A stretch of 62,817 nt of DNA, from positions 1 through 62,817 of the forward strand of contig JAAYQV010000131.1 in the NCBI GenBank assembly GCA_012519065.1. Reading direction: 5' to 3'. The notes under the pieces are model-generated. The model did no database searches, was not told the DNA's origin, and saw only the letters and a program-made list of their open reading frames with translations. Shown piece by piece: positions 60,485-62,817 of this stretch. A program made the translations under genes and the position numbers. This DNA is from Phytoplasma sp. (lineage in GTDB: Bacteria > Bacillota_I > Bacilli_A > Acholeplasmatales > Acholeplasmataceae). How positions within the stretch are numbered: position 1 is the first letter of the stretch; every line of letters begins with the position of its first letter.

Positions 60485-61464
60485 TATTTTACACCTAAAT
60501 CTTCTAAAAGTTTTTGTGCTAACATTAGATAGAGTTTCCCATTCATTTCATCTTTTTCAAAAAGTAAGTTTGATGTATTTGCCAAAGGTATACGAGCAAT
60601 TAAGTCCATACCTAGTTGTTCTGATACATAAGTTCCGCCTTCTTTTCCAAAGATATGATAATACTTATCAACATCTTGAGCGTAAAAATAACTCATATTT
60701 TCAATAATACCTAATATTTTATGACCCATTTCTTTGGCTGCTAAACCGGCTTTTATGGCAACATGTGCTGCACTTAAAGAAGGGGTTGTTACAATCAACA
60801 TTTTTGTTTGTGGCATATATTCTTGAACATCTAATGCAACATCTCCTGTTCCTGGTGGTAAATCTATTAAGATAATTTTTGTTTTATCATGCCATTGTAC
60901 TTCTTTAAAATAATGAGTTAGAAGTTGATTTAACATTGGCCCTCTCCATAATAATGGTTTGTTTTCTGGCATGAAAAATTCTGTTGAGACTATTTGAACT
61001 TTTTGTTTGACTGCCGGAATAATTTTATCATCATCTGTAGTTGATAAAGGTAACGGCTTTAAACCAAAGATAAAAGGAATGCTGGGTCCGTAAACATCCG
61101 CATCAATAATACCAACTTCTATATTTAAGCGAGCAAAAGCTAAGGCTAAGTTTGCACAAACACTAGATTTTCCAACTCCTCCTTTTCCTGAAGCAACGCC
61201 AATATAAATGATTTTTTCTTCTGCTTGAATATAGGCATCTAAAAAGTCGATTTTTAAACCTGGATATTTATGCTCAATTTTTACAATTCGTGCAATATCT
61301 AATTTGACTTGTTGAGTGTCTTTAGTTTTATTTCCTAAAGCTACAACTATATTCACGATATTATTTTCTATATTAAATGACTTAATTGATTTCAATTCTT
61401 TAAAGGTCTTTTTATAATATGGATCAATTAAGTTTTCAATTTTTTGGTATAGTTCTTGATTCAT
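60484..61464 (-). CDS. Mrp/NBP35 (ApbC/SalA-like) P-loop ATPase
   Basis: SGKGGVGKS, DADVYGPS, WRGPML, DLPPGTGD, ENMS. Confidence 0.92.
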   Translation of the reverse strand: MNQELYQKIENLIDPYYKKTFKELKSIKSFNIENNIVNIVVALGNKTKDTQQVKLDIARIVKIEHKYPGLKIDFLDAYIQAEEKIIYIGVASGKGGVGKSSVCANLALAFARLNIEVGIIDADVYGPSIPFIFGLKPLPLSTTDDDKIIPAVKQKVQIVSTEFFMPENKPLLWRGPMLNQLLTHYFKEVQWHDKTKIILIDLPPGTGDVALDVQEYMPQTKMLIVTTPSLSAAHVAIKAGLAAKEMGHKILGIIENMSYFYAQDVDKYYHIFGKEGGTYVSEQLGMDLIARIPLANTSNLLFEKDEMNGKLYLMLAQKLLEDLGVK

Positions 61465-61558
61465 ATGTTAACCTCCCATTCTATTGTTAATAGTATAGCA
61501 TAAATGATGAAAAAAAGTATTTCTTGTTTATTTGTTTGATTCGTTTTTTTAAGTATAA

Positions 61559-61583
61559 AAAAGAGAGTATTTCTACTCTCTTT
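61559..61583 (-). terminator. Intrinsic terminator after the ABC-2 permease gene
   Basis: AAAGAGAGTA-tttc-TACTCTCTTT. Confidence 0.8.
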
Positions 61584-61594
61584 ACTGTTTTACT

Positions 61595-62815
61595 TTAATT
61601 CTTAGCTTCTTTTTTCTTTTTTTTATTGGTTTTAGAACTTTTAATGATTTTTTTGATTCGTTTGAATAGTTTTCCTTCATCGTAACTTAAGATCGAAGCT
61701 CTATAGATTGGAGCAAGAATAAGTGCAACTAAGAAGACAGTTATTAATAAGATGACAACACTGATGATAACTTCCCATCCGTAAATATGTCCTGAAAAAT
61801 AGGCTCCTGCGGTTACCATTGGTGAGGTAAACGGAATATAGGAAAGAACTCTAATTAAGGTTGCAGAGTTGGCCGCATTTGCAAAAATTGAAGCAAAGTA
61901 ACCAATCATTAACACAATCATCATTGGAGATTGAACTTGTTGGAAGTCTTCTTGATTCACTGCCACAGAAGCAAAGAATGCTGATATCACTAAATATAGC
62001 AGTGTTCCCACAAGTGAAACAACTAAAGCAATTAAGACTGTCATGCCCACCAAACTTGTACTATCGCCTAATAGAGCAGTCCAAGAGCCTCCACCATTAG
62101 AACCAAGGATGATGTTATTTAGTAGAACACCTACTAGACCATAAATGATGTATAAAAGTAGTTGTAGTCCTAAAAAGGAAATGGTTGATGTTATTTTAGC
62201 AAAAAAGTGTGTTTTAGGTGGTACGCTTGCTATGATAACTTCTATTGCTTTGGTTGATTTTTCTTCAATGATGTCAGTTCCAATAAACTGAATTCCCATG
62301 GTTACTAAAATGAATAAAGGAATAATTAAAATCGATGAAATACTACTGTTGATTGCACTTTGAACTTCATTAGCAATCGCTTCTTCATTTGGTACTTGAG
62401 TGATTGGTGTATTTGCAATATCTGATAAATCTACATCTGTATTGTTTTGCAAATAAATTAGTCTGTTTAATTCTAAAATACTTTGTTTGGCTAACATATC
62501 TAACAGACTGTTTTCTGCATATGAGTAGTAATCTACGGTGATATGCCCGTTGGTTTCTTTAAACACAATGAGAATTGAATTTTTATGTTCAATGTTACTG
62601 TAGTATGTAGACGGGTCTTCTGTATAGATTTGTGCTTCTGACTCCCATCTTGCCTCTAATAAATTAGCTTGCTCTTTGGTGTAGTCAAGAAAAATTGTAA
62701 AAACATCACTTGTCTGTGTTGTTTGATCAATGTAATAAATATCTCCTGCTACTATTTTTTCTTCAGGAAGCGCATTTCCTGAGTCAAACATAGAAACAAA
62801 GGTTGGAATTAAACT
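61595..62815 (-). CDS. ABC-2 type permease (YhaP/NatB-like), 5' end outside the window
   Basis: IIEEKSTKAIEVI, SYIPFTSP, IYR..IL; frame stays open to the window edge. Confidence 0.85.
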   Translation of the reverse strand, partial: SLIPTFVSMFDSGNALPEEKIVAGDIYYIDQTTQTSDVFTIFLDYTKEQANLLEARWESEAQIYTEDPSTYYSNIEHKNSILIVFKETNGHITVDYYSYAENSLLDMLAKQSILELNRLIYLQNNTDVDLSDIANTPITQVPNEEAIANEVQSAINSSISSILIIPLFILVTMGIQFIGTDIIEEKSTKAIEVIIASVPPKTHFFAKITSTISFLGLQLLLYIIYGLVGVLLNNIILGSNGGGSWTALLGDSTSLVGMTVLIALVVSLVGTLLYLVISAFFASVAVNQEDFQQVQSPMMIVLMIGYFASIFANAANSATLIRVLSYIPFTSPMVTAGAYFSGHIYGWEVIISVVILLITVFLVALILAPIYRASILSYDEGKLFKRIKKIIKSSKTNKKKKKEAKN

Positions 62816-62817
62816 AA

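Noticed and set aside
1211-62100. Short 60-122 aa ORFs in the track that are antisense to or nested in larger genes (e.g. 1211, 1499, 7838, 10774, 14084, 19222, 42549, 50398, 61861)
   Set aside because: They lie within well-supported genes and show no RBS or recognisable motifs; typical shadow ORFs.
1-62817. CRISPR array, rRNA/tRNA genes, prophage, transposase or anti-phage defence genes
   Set aside because: No regularly spaced direct repeats, tRNA-like folds or matching protein motifs were seen; the intergenic spaces are short and mostly explained by promoters and terminators.

Overview
AT-rich bacterial chromosome segment read with the standard genetic code (TGA serves as a stop, e.g. the ATGA overlap at 2157-2160 and the GTGA overlap at 4730-4733). 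Nearly all genes lie on the minus strand. Gene content, Firmicute-type sigma-A promoters, CIRCE, a T-box, the L21 leader and the Prp/L27 system, plus the absence of mreBCD/minCD from the radC-rplU interval, point to an Acholeplasma-like (wall-less Mollicute) genome; this taxonomy is inferred. The housekeeping scaffold comprises uvrC, rpmF, hrcA-grpE-dnaK-dnaJ, trmB, ptsH, uppP, queA-ruvBA, obg-rpmA-prp-rplU and radC. The main accessory feature is a roughly 21 kb pectin/galacturonate utilisation locus (21200-41822): uxaB-uxaA-uxaC, a CUT1 sugar ABC importer with four interleaved uncharacterised membrane proteins, a GH28 polygalacturonase, and eda-kdgK-yhcH-kdgK-IclR-isomerase-kduI-kduD. A separate 1093 aa multidomain PL1 pectate lyase lipoprotein shares an operator motif with the transporter operon. 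Also present are adhE, lplA-gcvH, a GH43 glycosidase, a DUF368/UppP pair, a Cys-less PTS EIIB-like protein and an orphan coiled-coil protein of about 1140 aa. No rRNA, tRNA, CRISPR array or transposase was seen. All calls come from motif recognition by eye, without database searches.
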